64,000 nt of DNA, taken from Vicugna vicugna (lineage: Eukaryota). Every line of letters starts with the position of its first letter. Position 1 is the stretch's first letter. The translations under genes and the position numbers were made by a program. The notes beneath the pieces were generated by a model that saw only the letters and a program-made list of their open reading frames with translations, ran no database searches and was not told the DNA's origin. Positions 26,596-40,699 of the stretch are shown in pieces. The stretch is from the NCBI GenBank assembly GCA_013265495.1, contig MU058636.1, positions 4,003,741 to 4,067,740 on the forward strand, written 5' to 3'.

Positions 26596-28407
26596 ACTGG
26601 TACTGATCCTTACGTAACTAACATGGACCAGTGTATTCTGTTCTTAACAGCACCTTACAGACATGCTTTCTTTATGAGATTGTCTCATATCTACCTTTGA
26701 TAAAAGCTGCAGACATGATCATTTCTCTAGTATTATAGGAGACTTCTCTGGTGATCTAGCTTAATAACCAACACCCTTTTTTAAACAGCAAATCAGGGTT
26801 AATTAGTGGCTTGTAAAACCAAGTAATGGCTCATAACCATCATTTAAAAATAATGAAATGCAGAATGGAACTGAATAAAATAGAAATACCACCGTGTATC
26901 ACATGCAGTAAGAGCGGTATTGTTACGCGATCTTCTCAGTTTTATGCACATGCACACACACATACACAAAACATAAACCACTACCTTTAAAGTGTGTGTG
27001 TTTTCTCTGTGGCTTACAGTCAAGTTTTGGAAAACCATTGCCTTAAACCCTCCCTCTTAAGCCCCACTTATCAGAGCTAAGCCAGGAGAGTGGACGCCAG
27101 CGATTTACGTGCAGATGTTTGGTTTTGTTTGGAAAATGAGAACTTTGCACTGTTTGAATCCAGGCTGTCTGTGTTTTTGCCTTGTTGCTTACTCCTTAAG
27201 TTTGGGTATTTGGAGGCAAGTAGTACAATAACTGTTTTCTTTTTTGAAAATACTTACTTGCGTGTATTTGGGTAGGAAGCTGTGATCAGGATGTCATTAG
27301 TCTTTCTGGCAGCCCCCTTGGAAGAAGCCCTGGCAGTGGTGCCCAGAGACAGCCACGACCTGTCCATCTGCTCGGAGCCCAGGAGTGGGCGGGCTGCTTC
27401 TGACCCACGCTACCTTCTGTACGTGCTCTTGATTTGTGGGTATGCCCTTGAGGAAGTCCCTGCCTCCCACTTCAGGCTTTCTCATTTCTAAAATTAGTAT
27501 ATTGCATATTAAAGGAAATCATATTATTAGTCTCATAGCCTTTCAATATCTTTTTAATACTTAAAAGTTGGCAGAACAGCCATACTATGATATAACTGGT
27601 AATTTTCCATTTTGGGGGGTAGACTGGGCTGGCCTTTTCTGTCTACTAGATGCTGGCAGAAGAGAGAAAGGAGCATTTTTATTCAGATAGGATTTAAAAG
27701 GATAAGATAACAGCTGTGATTGGAATATATTTAGTCACCTATGAAACTTTCCTTGACTGGGCATCGGGTAGACATTCTAAGGGAGAGGTCTGTTTATGGC
27801 CAACACATGTCCCCTCACACAGGCTCCTTTTCTGGGCTTGGCTAGTAAAGCAGGAATTTGACTCAGCACGTAGGTGTGAGCCAGAGTCACTGGTGGACCC
27901 TAGACTTTCTAAGAGAAAGGCAGTTTATGGTAAGTTTTCAAACTTGTAGCTTGATCCCTTTTGTATAGTTCATAATCACTTTTTTCTTCTTGTGCAGTTG
28001 TATTTCCTTGTATCATCTTAAATAACGAGCTGCTTCCTCTTGTCCAGTCATATTCCATGGAGGCTTCTGACATCTTAGCGTGGGCAGGGAGCACTGCCAG
28101 CCTAGGGTCACAAGTGGCAGTCACAGGGCACTGAACTGAGCCCCGCAGAGCAGGAATCAGCATGTTTGCATCAGGGACTGCGTTCAAGCTCTGTCCTCTT
28201 TCCCTTCCTACTAGATGGATTCATAAAACTCCCCCTTCCTCGGGATGATCTTTGCAAAGGCGGCTTTGTTCTCATTTGTTGGATCATCAAACTCTTTCTT
28301 ACGGAGGGCTTACTGTATGTGAGGCCCTGTATTTGCCTGTGGGAATATATGGATACATTTTAGACAGTTTTGCTTTCAAGAAAATTGTTGCTTAGTGGGA
28401 ATGAACT

Positions 28408-29146
<739 letters not shown>

Positions 29147-32100
29147 TAAGAACCATGTGGACAGGCTCCAGGGGGAAATCCTTAACAGACCTCTTTGTTC
29201 AGAGGGTTGGTGCTGTACCAGGTGCAGCATGAAGATGGAAGGCAGAAACATCTAGAAAACGAAATGGTGTTTGACCAGCATCCTTGCATGTAGGACCAGG
29301 TAAAGGCTGTTTGTTTTCTTTCTTTTTTTCTTTTGAGTTAAAAAAAATTGACGGTATTTAAAAATTATCCAGTGCTATTTAGAAAATATACAGGACTGAT
29401 CTAATATTGTCTTGCTGGCCACCAAGTGTGTGTCAGTGTACACCGTCCTCAGTTTTTACACTCTCTATTGGCTACTTTGTTGGGCTTTCTCCCCTTTGAT
29501 TGCTATTAAACTGAGTGGCTAAACTTAATTAAATTTCAGTGTACTATCTCAAGATGCATATATTCTGGAGGCTATAGAAAAGCAGAGCTGAGATGATGTT
29601 ATCAGGGGTGCTAATAGTGTCACTGTCCTGCAGTGTAGGGTCAGAAGGGAATCCTTCTGCATTATTTTTAGAAGTTTTTTTTTTTCTCTTAAGAATCAGG
29701 TCAGTGGATGATAATGTAAGAATAGCAGCTACACTTAGACTAAAAATAACCACAGCCCACACTCATTTAATGCTCTCCCTTAAGAAACTCAGTAAAGCTT
29801 TTTGAAATTTGAAATATTTGAGTGCATGTATATTTTAAGTGCCCTCCCTTATGTTGAAAATATAGTCCTCATGCTTTATTTAACAACCAAGAGCAAAAAC
29901 TATCACAGCAGCACAAGAAACGGGCCTGACAGAGGCAGCACTCCGGAAGTTCACCTGAACAAGGCAAAGAAAGTGCATTATCAAGAAAGGCGGAATCCTC
30001 TTCTGCTTTCTTGAGGACTGCAAAGGAGGATAAAAATAGACTGTTGTAATAAGAAACGTATGAGAAATCTCCTTCTTGGTACCACTCAGAAGGTACTTTT
30101 CCATCTTTTAAACCCTTGAGCCTGTGTGTGGTGGTGTTATGACTTAGAAAAGCAAGTTAGCGTCTTCTCCTCTTTTGATGTATCTCATAACGTTTCACTC
30201 ACAGAAAAAGAAAAGGAAGGGTACTTAAAACTGTTGGTGTATAGGGAAAATAACTTACGATTGTTTATATCACAGTCTTGGGTTTTTACAGCAGCCTTTT
30301 TTACTTAGGGAAGAATACGCTAGTAAATGAGATGCTAAGGGAAAAAGGAAGGAAAGTAGTCTTTGAGTAAAAGTCCTTTGAAGATAATTTTAAAATAAAA
30401 AAAATTGTTTCCCATACTTGAAAACTCTTGATTTCTCTAATTCACCTAATAAATTTTAAACCTTTCCAAAGTTGTAAAGTATGCTCAAAACCTATCCTCC
30501 CCATGGACACTGCTTTATCTTCCAACTCCTAAGCCTCTTTTATGAGAGTCTGCTTTGATTTGGACATTACCTTCCATTTGTAATGTTTCAACACTGGTCC
30601 AAACGGTGTATTTGTTCATACTGAGAAAGAGATATGAGACAGAGAGAAAACCCAGGATTCCTGAGGAGTTAGTGGGCATGTGGAAACGAGCTCAGATACA
30701 AAGCTGCCTGGGCCATATTCCTTCTCTTTTTAGTCAGGGAACGTTATTGTGAAACCACAGGTTTAGAAGGAGGCCTCAAGGAATGTCCAGTCTATCCCTC
30801 TGTGTTAAAAACAAAATCTCTAGAGAATGTGGTTTCCTGTTCTTCCAACATTATATGCCTCTGACGGGTGTGGCAACATGCAATGGCCAGTGAATCCTCT
30901 GCATAAAATTGTCAAAACAACCACTTCAGGACTCTGGGAGTCAACCAGAAGCACTGAGAAGCATTAACTCCTGGAAATCTACTATAGCTCTGGGTAACAG
31001 CAACAGAGCCTGAGGCCTTTCTGTCTGAATCCCCCCACCCAAGCCCTCTTCCATCCCCGTTTGCTTGGAGAGGGCAGCAGCAGTTTCACCAGTATGGGCC
31101 TGGTGGGAAAAAACAATAGGTCAGAGACGTGGGCTTGACTTGTGGGAGAGATGAACACCCACAGATAGTCAACTAAAGCTGTCAAACTAGGGTAGGAAAC
31201 AAACAAGAAAAGCCGGCATCTTCACTGACCTGGGGTTGTAGTCTCAGTTATCGTGAAGGGAAACCTTTATTACAGCTAAAATATCAAGAAAAAGATTTAA
31301 ATGTATACTAAAAGATTTTAATGAAAAAATGCCAATAAAGGAAGAAGAGATGGACAAAAAATGAGACATGTAAAAAACAATGGCATATAGAATGGCAAAT
31401 GGCTGATGAAGATAGAGCTACATCAAGTATTACATGATTATAAATGGACTGGATACCCTAGTCAAAAGGCAGAGATTGTCAGACTGGATAAAAAGCATGA
31501 CTGACTGTACGTTGTGTATGAGAGTCAAGTACACTTCAGATTCATAGACGCAAACAGGTTGCATATAAAAGGATGGGGAAAGATACGCCCTGCAAACAGT
31601 TGGCTATAGAGCACTTGAGTGGCTGCAGTAGCATTAAACACAATAGATTTTAAGAACAGAAATATTACTAGAGAGAGAGTGGGGCACTTCATGACAAAAG
31701 GTCAATACATCAAGAAGATAATATATACACTAACAACAGACCTTCAAAGTACATGAAACAGAATTGAAGAGAAAAATAGATATGTATTAACTACTTGACC
31801 TGACAACAACAGAATGAACATTCTTTTCAAGTACACGTGGAACATTCTTCAGGACAGACCATATGCTAAGTCGTAAAACAAGTCTCGATAAATGTAACAG
31901 GACTGAAAACATACACAGTTATGTTGGGAATTCCCCCAATATTTGGAAATGAGACAACATACTTTTAAATGACCCATGGGTCAAAGAAGAAATCATAAGG
32001 AAAATTAGAAAATACCTTGAATGAAAATGTATCAAAAATTTGTGTGCAGCTGTTGTAGGGATTAAAGGAAATTTATAGTTTTAAACATAATCTAAGTTTC

Positions 32101-34445
32101 TACATTGAGAAGCAAAATAATTATATTAAACATGAACTATGTGAAATAGAAGAAGTATTAAAAGTTAGAGCATAGTCCAACAAACTAGAAAACAGAAAAA
32201 CAGTAGAGAAAAATCAGTTAAGCCAAAAATTAGTTCTTTTGGAAAGATCAGCTACTTGGGTAAACCTTTAGCTCACTGCACCAAGAGAAAAAGAAAACAT
32301 GAATTGCCAAAACCAGAAATGAAAGAGAGGCATCATTATAAACCCTACCAAAATTAGCCAACAAATTAGACAATTTAAATGAAATGGAGAAGTTTCTAGA
32401 ATCACATTTTTTCAGCAAACTTATTTCTCCAGGAGGAATAGAAAATGTATTTAAACTTACATACATGGATGAAATCAGAGAAGGGAGCATGCTTCCCAAC
32501 TCATTTCATGAGGCCAGCGTTGACCTAGTATGTCAGAGATGAACGTTGTATCCCTACAGCAAGCATGAAGAAAATGACTAAAATTATATAGCAAAATAAA
32601 TAACAAAGGGATTAAAATGGTACATCAGAAAAGTAAACTACCGGCAGTGTTACTCCTGAACAGAGGTGCAAAAACCCTTAATCAAATATTAACAAGTTGA
32701 AGCCAGCAGTATACTAAAGGGATTATATGACATGACCAAGTCGTGCTCATCACAGGGATGCAAGGTTGGTTTAACACCCAAGGTCAATGATTATTATATG
32801 AATAATGAATGAAAAACACATGATCCTCTCAGTAGACACAGAAAAAGTGTTCGATGAAATCTAACACCGCTTCATGATAAAAAAAATAATAAGCAGACAG
32901 AAAAACAAAAAACTCTTTCAACAAATAGAACTTCCTCAACCTGATAAAATGAAGATCAGGAGCAAGGCAGACATATCCAGCCTCAGCACTTTTACTGACC
33001 CCTGTATTTAGAGGTTCTCACCAGCGCAGTAAAGCAAAAAAAGAAATACAAGGATAGATTGGAAAGGAGGAAGTAAAACTGTCTCTGCCCACAGACAGCA
33101 TGATCTTGTATGTAGAAAATCCTAAGAATCTATCAAATACTGCTAAGAGAAATTAAGATGTGAATAAATTGAGACACAGTTTTTATGTATTAAAAACTAA
33201 CAATTTCCTTGTTGATCTTTTAATATTCATTTTAAAATGTATTAATTTATTTCATTCATTTAAAATTTACTTTATTACTTTTATTCTGAATGCTGACATG
33301 AAATGGTCTGGATCAGAGACAGCTTTTTAAATTAAATATCTCACAGTAAATAATAAGAGCATCTTGCCCACACCCCCCACTGCCCCTCTGACCTAGTTTT
33401 TGCCTCTAGGGCAATATGAGAGCGAAGTCAGTCATCCTACACTGGTAACCAGATACTCCACAGGCAAGCGATTAGGAAATTTTGTTTTCTCTGCTTATGA
33501 AGGTGAAGGAGGCAGCTGTCCCTTTCAGTCCTTACTTCAGCACTTTACTATGCAAACAGTTTCTCCGGGCCTCATTCTTCCTTGAAATGTAAATGTATCC
33601 CTCGGGTAGTAGTGTTCAGGTCTTCCTGGCACTTCAAGGCTTAATTTAGGGACGGAGTTCAGGGCTATGACCACTGGCCTTCTCCCAGAGATGAAGGGGG
33701 TTTTACTCTCGTTTTGGATCACAGCAGTTAACTAGAAAATGACTACAATTTAATTCTCATGGAATGTGAGATATTTATAGTGGGCTAAGGCTCTTTTACA
33801 GGACACAGTCATGCAGGGAAACTTTGTCTCCCTGTATTCCCCAAATTGATCTATAAATTTGGTGTAATCATATCAAAAGCACAGCAGCAGGCTTCTTTAT
33901 AAAAACTGAGAAGCTTATCCTGAAATGTATATGGAAATACCAAACAGTTTTTTACAAAAGAGCTCAAAGTGGGAGGATTTACACTTACATGATTTTGAAA
34001 CTTACTATAGACCTCCAATAATCGGGACAATGTGAAATTAGTATAAGGATAAACATATATATCAAAGGAATGGGACAGATTCTAGAAATAAACCCTCCCA
34101 TTTATGGTAAACTGATTTTTAACGAAGATGCCAAGGCAAGTCACTGGGGAAATGGGACAGTGGTGCTGGAACAATTATAGCCACATACAAAAAGTGAACT
34201 TAGAACCTTACCTGACACTACACACAGAAATTACCCGAGATGGATCACAGTACAAAATACAAGCTCTAAAGTTACAAGCTTCTGGAAGGAAACAAAGAAT
34301 AGTTCTTTGTGGCCTCAGTTTAGGCAGAGATCTCTTACAGCATCAAAGGCATGATCTAGAAAGGGAAAACTCATAAACTTCACTTCATGTAAATTAAAAA
34401 CCTGTGTTCTTTGAAAGATATCATTAAGAAAATGAAAAAAGTACA

Positions 34446-34490
34446 GGGCAAGTGGCATAATGGATAATGTGTCTGACTATGGATCAGAGG
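34446..34490 (+). pseudogene. Tailless 5'-half retrocopy of tRNA-Arg(ACG)
   Basis: GGGCAAGTGGCATAATGGATAATGTGTCTGACTATGGATCAGA vs tRNA-Arg-ACG GGGCCAGTGGCGCAATGGATAACGCGTCTGACTACGGATCAGA (recalled), 37/43 identical, mostly CpG transitions; flanked by GAAAATGAAAA repeats. Confidence 0.88.
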
Positions 34491-34899
34491 AAAATGAAAA
34501 CACAAAACAAAACACAGGAAGTCATTTGCTAATCACGTATCTGATGAAAGATTTGTGTCCAGAAATATATAACAATCTCTTACAACTGCATAAAGAAACA
34601 AACCACTCTGTTTAAAATGGGCTAAGATTTGAATAGATGTTACACTGAAGAAGAGAAGGAAATGGCTAATGAGCACATGAAAAAACGTGCAGCGTTACTG
34701 GTCATTAAGAAAATGTAACGTCAGATCACTGTGAGGCCCCACCACACGTCTCCTGGACTGGCTGTGAGCAGAAAGCAGAGCATACCACGGACGCTCTGTC
34801 TACAAGGACGCAGGAAAACTGGCTCTCTCAGACACTGCTGGTGGGAATATGAAATACAGGCACTTTCGGAATGTTTTGGTAGTTTAAGTTAAACATACT

Positions 34900-35100
34900 T
34901 GTAGTAGGCAGTTTATGACATGGACCCCAGTGGTGCCCTCTGAATGCCACCAGCAACCACCCAGTGAGGTTGTGGGTGGATCTTGTCGTCATGGAGCCTT
35001 CGGATGAGACCACAGACCCTGAGCTGGTACCTTGACTGCAAGCGTGAGAGAGACTGGAAGCCGAGGCCCCGGCTGCGTGCTGCCCAGACTCCTGAGCCGT
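34900..35100 (+). mobile_element. MaLR (MLT1-type) LTR fragment inside the L1
   Basis: tgtagtaggcag start; gagccttcggatgagaccacagaccctgagctggtaccttgactgca...tgcccagactcctga. Confidence 0.6.
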
Positions 35101-36519
35101 GGCAGCTGGGTGTGGTTTGTGTGGCACGTCCATACAGGGCACCAGCGCCCAGCTGAGAAAGGAACTAACCTCTGGCGTGTGCCCCGATGCCAAGTGAAGG
35201 AAGCCAGGCACAAACACCCCTGTTATGATTCCACTCATGAGAAATTTCTAGGGGACACTGTAGAGACAGCAACTCAGTGGTATCCTAGGTCTGTGAATGA
35301 GGGAGAGGACTCATTGCAAATGCAGGCAAGGGAACCTGGGGGGCATGACTGTAGAGTTCTGAAACCAGATTTGCGGTTGCCTAGCTCTGGAAACCTGCTA
35401 ACATTATCCAAACTACCATTCACAGCACTATTGTGTGTGAACTGTGTATGGTATGTAAATCATGCCTCAATACAGCTGAGATGAAAACGTGTGTCGAAGA
35501 AAATATAGTTTTAACCTTCATTTGCTGCGCTCTGTTCAGTGTGCTGTAAGGAGAAGATTTTAATTTTGCCCAGTGTGTGTTCTCCTCATGCAGTTCCAGC
35601 CATCTCTCTCTCTCTCTGGGTACACGGCTTCCCACCACGCTCCCCTCTGTTACCCAGCCCTCCTTCCTCACCCTGACCCTGCCTGCTTGGGATTTCCTTT
35701 TGGCCTTTTCACAGACGTGTGATTTTTACAAGCTAAATGGACCTCTCAGTGTCACAGGTGCCTCTCTGGATGCATCCTACTTTTTTCATTTGGTTTTGTT
35801 CTTTTCCATGAGCTCATCTGTCAGAAATGATGAGCACGTCCTAGAGCTTAATAAGCCAGGTCTTCACGTGCATAGATGGCTCCTGAGATGCAACTAATCA
35901 CTTCTGGAATCTGCATTAATAGAGGGAAAGATATTATGGATTTATTTTTTTCCTGTTAGATGTATTTGTATCTCCAATAGTTGATTTTTAAATGTGAAAA
36001 ACAAGCAACGATTCATTTCCATTGCTTTAATTTTTTTTCTCCTGAGACCACTGTGGAATTATCTGAGAACTGAATTGAGACTTTGTTTCTCCTAGGTTTT
36101 CTCCTCTGCTGGTAAATTCTCAGAGAGCATTGCAGATAAACCCATGTAATACATGAATTCCCTCAGCTAATATTCAAAACTTTCTCAAGTCATTTAGAAT
36201 CTATTCTAGTATGTAATTTTTGGTCTCTGTCTCACTGTATTTCCCTTAAAAAGTCTCTTCCTAGAATTTTAACTTCATGAACACTTAGAATTTTTAAAGG
36301 ATAGTACCATGACCATTATGAAAGTTCTCCCCTACATTATTTTGAAGTCTTCCTCACAGATACTATCATTTGACCCTCAGCTGAGCAGCGTACTTGTGCC
36401 ACCGCTGGATACAGCCTCCCAAAGCGGCTAGGGCAGCTAAAGCCTCTGACGACCCCGGACAGGCTGAGGTGCTGGCAGGACACTGGCCTGGGAGCTGGGC
36501 ACCTGCTCTCACCCCCATT

Positions 36520-36680
36520 CCAACATTTGCGAGTCATGTTACCCCAAGGAAGTTATAACTTCTGTGAGCTCTGGCTTCCTCATTTGTGAACTGGGGAGGA
36601 ATCGTGCTGCTCTGACCATCTTGCGAAGTTTGTTTCAAGGACTAAATAAGAACATTTAATGAAGGTATTTTGTAAACCAT
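36520..36680 (+). mobile_element. MIR fragment
   Basis: aagttataacttctgtgagctctggcttcctcatttgtgaactgggg...gtttcaaggactaaataag. Confidence 0.65.
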
Positions 36681-37665
36681 TTAAGAGAGTTTACTCGTAT
36701 CAAAAATTTAGATGGAATGTAATAAAATATCAGCCTAGAGAAGATCTGTTTCTAAATGTATCACACCTAGGTTTAATAAAGTCAAGGCTACTTCAGTACT
36801 GGTAACCCAGTGAGTTACTATATGACACAGATGGGCTATATACATTTGTAAACAAGATAAGCTTTGAGAGAAGATGGATGCTTTGCTCAGAGAAAACAAA
36901 ATGTATCTGGTTTCAGTTTCCTTCCATACCCTGGAGGTTACTTTTTCAGTCTCATTTTAGGCTATATCTGATTCTGCTTACATTTCATTTTTTCAGAAGT
37001 TCTGGAGCATTCTGAAATGATAGTAATGCAAAAGCTTTCTAGGCCCTATTGCAGACTATTTCAGGTTACTCAAATTTCCAAGGACACCTCTGGAACCAGG
37101 CTGGATATTCAGGTAGGAAGGAGTAGGAGCTACTGCACCCTTCTCCCTGACGAGCTCCACGTTTCCCTGCTCTGAGAGACACCTGCTGATACCACGTCAG
37201 GGCAGCAGACAGGCAGTGCGAAGCCGGGAAACCCCTTGCGCCACCCCTCCACACACACATGTATGGCCAGAGTTTTAGTTTTTTTTAGACCTAGGAAATA
37301 ACAGATTTTCTGCCTTTTTGCAGAAGTCATAATTGTAACTTAAATGACTTACCAAGGAAAACTTTTCATAATTATTACCACAATTGAGGAATCTCCCAGA
37401 CGTGTGACTATGGAACACAGAAGCAAAAAGCGATGTGTTTCGAGTGATGCACTTGGGGTGTGAAAGTAACTGGAGACGTAGAAGCAAAGAGCCTACAGTT
37501 AGAGGGAAGATTTTAGTGGGAAGGATTTTCTTCTTGCTTTTAGATTCCCATAACCAACATCAGCTACTGACGGGAAGCAACGGTTTCATGCACTGAGATG
37601 CTATTCTGAAGCAAGACTGTCCTCAGTGAGCCAGAGAGCGGCCTTCTCTGTTCTTCTTCCCGCAG

Positions 37666-37833
37666 GCCCGGCCCGTGGACTACCCCAAGGACTACCTGTC
37701 CCACCAGGTCCCCATTTCCTTCCACAAACACTGGAACATCGATCCAGTGAAGGTCTACTTCACATGGTTGGCACCCAGTGAGGAAGACAGAGCCCAGGAG
37801 GAGACACAGAAAGGCTTTAAAGAGGAGCTATAA
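37666..37833 (+). CDS. B3GLCT: B3GLCT last coding exon (exon 15) to the TAA stop; C-terminal KEEL ER-retrieval-type signal
   Basis: cgcag|GCCCGG...[64 protein letters not shown]. Confidence 0.98.
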   Translation, partial: ARPVDYPKDYLSHQVPISFHKHWNIDPVKVYFTWLAPSEEDRAQEETQKGFKEEL

Positions 37834-39710
37834 GGCCCGGCGCCGGGAGCCCAGGCAGGATGCCAGGCAGAGACCGGCCTCGTCCTGCTGCGGTCCTCAC
37901 GCTCACGCGCGACACGGGGCACAGCGGCTTCCTGACTTTAGGTGGAAATTACTGGATGGTAATTTCTGAGTTGGGGGGGAGGAGTCATAGGGAAAACAGA
38001 TTTTTTTTTTCCTGAGAGAAATCACTTCCTTTTGCATTACGCGGCTGTTGTAATACGCAGTGATTACTGTGTGTTTTTCAAGCTGTAAAACAGCAGCTTT
38101 GTTTCTGTCACAGGAAAAGAAATGGCACCAAAGTCTCCTTCCTGCTCTCTCTCCTTTGTAACGGAGGTTTCAGTTGGGCGTGAGGCTGGAGAGACGTGAC
38201 TGTCTGTCATCATACGTGTAAAATAAAGAAGAGGGGAAGTCCACTGATCTGGGTATTACAATGGGGTGAACTTTTTAACCGTATTATTGATGATTGAAAT
38301 TATTTCCTGGTTAACTCACTAGGAATATTGCTGTATTAAGGATCATTCATAAACCATCATAAAAGTCTAGTGATGAAAAATCCCCTGGAGTCTGTAATCA
38401 GGGTTGTTATGTTTTATCTATTTTTCTGTTTGTGCCTCATAAAAAGAGAGTAAGAAGCCTGCGAGCGTGTTCTACTTCTTTAGAGGTTTGTCTGTGTTCC
38501 ATTTCTCCCTGAAGCCCTATCTTTATGACCTACTTGTAACACAAGTGTGCTCGCTGCGACCGGAAAATAGTGTTCTCAACATTTAAAAACAGTGTCATAT
38601 TTTATTCAAGTCACTGAGCTCTGTGTAAGTCTCGGGAAGTGAAGGAAGTGAATTAAATTAATTTTACATGGTACTTTACTCTTATTTTTATTTGTATGCT
38701 ACTTAATGATCCTCTCCAGACTCAGAATAGGCCCCCCCAGTGTACCCTGAAGCCCCAGTTGGGGTACCAAATGGTGATTTGGCAGTTTCCCCAGGCTCTT
38801 AAAGAATGAAATTTGAAAACAGTATTTTGAAGCAGCTCTAATTTCCAAATCATATCTTTAATATATTATTAAATACATTATTAATTTGTAAAGAATACTC
38901 TGTATTTTAATGTTTTAATTATATAATTCAGTTTTCTAAAGGTATTTGTGTAAAATTTGATTTTGATATGTCTTAAAACTAATTTTGGTATAGTAAAATA
39001 CTTTCCTCTTTTTTTTAAATAAAAATTTCTATTCATTAACTTTGCATATAATGTTTTTATAGCCAAGCACAGGGTTTTAAAGCCATGTCACCAAAAGTAC
39101 CCATGTTTGTGTTTTTAACAGTACATTTTTCTTGTAGCTTATATGCGACTGACTTCCAAAATGATGCAATAGTATTTACCATTTTTCCAAACTAGCAAAT
39201 ACTTGGACGGGTATGTTTTCAGTGATAACTGAATACATTGGATTCATTTCTGTGAAAGTGGATTTTGTGGCCTGTCCAAGAAACGGATCAGGGATTATCA
39301 GCTGGATGAGAAGCGCCCTAAGGATTTATGGATCTGGGCAAGCTGTTGCTGATGACATCAGCTTTGTTGTCAGAGCTGGGATTACTGTCACTGTTACGCC
39401 CGTCGTGTCATTGGTAGTAACACTCCTGGAGGGCCTGGCTGCCCAACCCAGGGGGGAAGAGCCTTCACGTCCCACCCCTGCCTGCCAGCCGAACACGCTG
39501 CCAGAAAGCAGCGCGTTCACGCGACAGGCTGGTCCTGGCGTCTCTACATGAAGACCCACGGCAAGCTTTCTCTGTGTATCATGATCAGTGCCTTCTACTG
39601 ATACCGGAGCACCTTCTCTGGTACCTTTAGGTGTTTTGTTAATTATGTTCATTTTTTGGAACTGTGTAAGCCTAACCCCAAATAAAAGATGTTTGCCTAT
39701 GTTTCTGATT
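37834..39710 (+). other. B3GLCT: Probable B3GLCT 3' UTR (end uncertain)
   Basis: Repeat-poor, partly AU-rich sequence after the stop codon; AATAAA at 38222, 39018 and 39681. Confidence 0.6.
39681..39686 (+). terminator. Candidate polyadenylation signal AATAAA
   Basis: AATAAA followed by GT/T-rich sequence (gtttgcctatgtttctgatttc); alternatives at 38222 and 39018. Confidence 0.45.
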
Positions 39711-40699
39711 TCTCAAGTGTATTTATCAGTCCAGGTAGAGTGGGAGTGGGGAGGGGCATGGGGACAAGGAGTGAACGAATCAGAGAAAAAAGCTGGCAGC
39801 TCAGTAGACACAGTTTTCAGCAAGAAAAATTAATCAAAGCCTATCTTTTTTCGGAGAAAACCATCAGACTCTGAAGATATATTTATACTAAGTATAAACG
39901 CTTATCTATTTTATTGTATATTGGTGATATTCTGGAACTGATTCTTACAGAATTCATATTTTAAGAACTAGTTTTGAATCTGAACTTTCCTGGACAGATA
40001 TTGTCCTATTCATATTTTCTTTGCCTTTTAAATAGGAATTTACTGCAAACGTCTGTTTTTATACTGGGGATGTCAACGTCAAGGAGTTGCAGATGGAACC
40101 GTGGAAGCCGGTTTTCCTTCTGAGCCTGTTCTGCTGATACAGCCAGAGCTGTATTTTTACATCTAGCCACTAAGTCAGAAATCCAGACAGGGACACAGCC
40201 TTTATAGACTGGGGACACAGAACAGCAGCGTGCTAGGCTGCAAGTGATGGAGTGCACGCGTATGTAAACAGCAGAGCTCTCTTGAGTTTCTTGCTTTATT
40301 GAATACCTTCAGTGTTTCCACATCCATATCCACTGGAATTGTTCATAATTGTTTTCTCTGCTAGAGTGACACTTGTAAGAATGCTCTACTATCTTCTATT
40401 CAGAGATACAACTTCAGTAGACTAATATGAATCAGTCAGTAGATTCATCGAGCAACTATTCATTAAACCCCCACTGTGTCAGCCCTTCCAGGATGCCCCT
40501 TGCCTGTCCTGCTCACCAGTCTCTCCTGGGCATCTCTGAATGCCTGGCACACAGTAGGTGCTATTGTTTTATGTTCCCAAGCTTCCTATAAACATGGCAC
40601 CTGCAAAATGTGCTCCCCTCCTATCTGTAGAAAGCAAAGGCTTCGTTTCTGGCAGTAAGGCTTTCAGCACATGTTTTCACTTTAAAGACACATATTCCT

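Larger units (their letters stand above)
31230..35480 (+). mobile_element. Old L1 (ORF2 and 3' end) in intron 14, degraded and interrupted
   Basis: ORF2 remnants: aaaaggcagagattgtcagactggataaaa (endonuclease), catgaccaagt...gggatgcaaggttggtttaac and acagacagcatgatcttgtatgtagaaaatcc (reverse transcriptase); many stops. Confidence 0.9.

Noticed and set aside
34446..34490. Functional tRNA gene
   Set aside because: The T-arm/B-box and 3' acceptor strand are missing and the anticodon is mutated.
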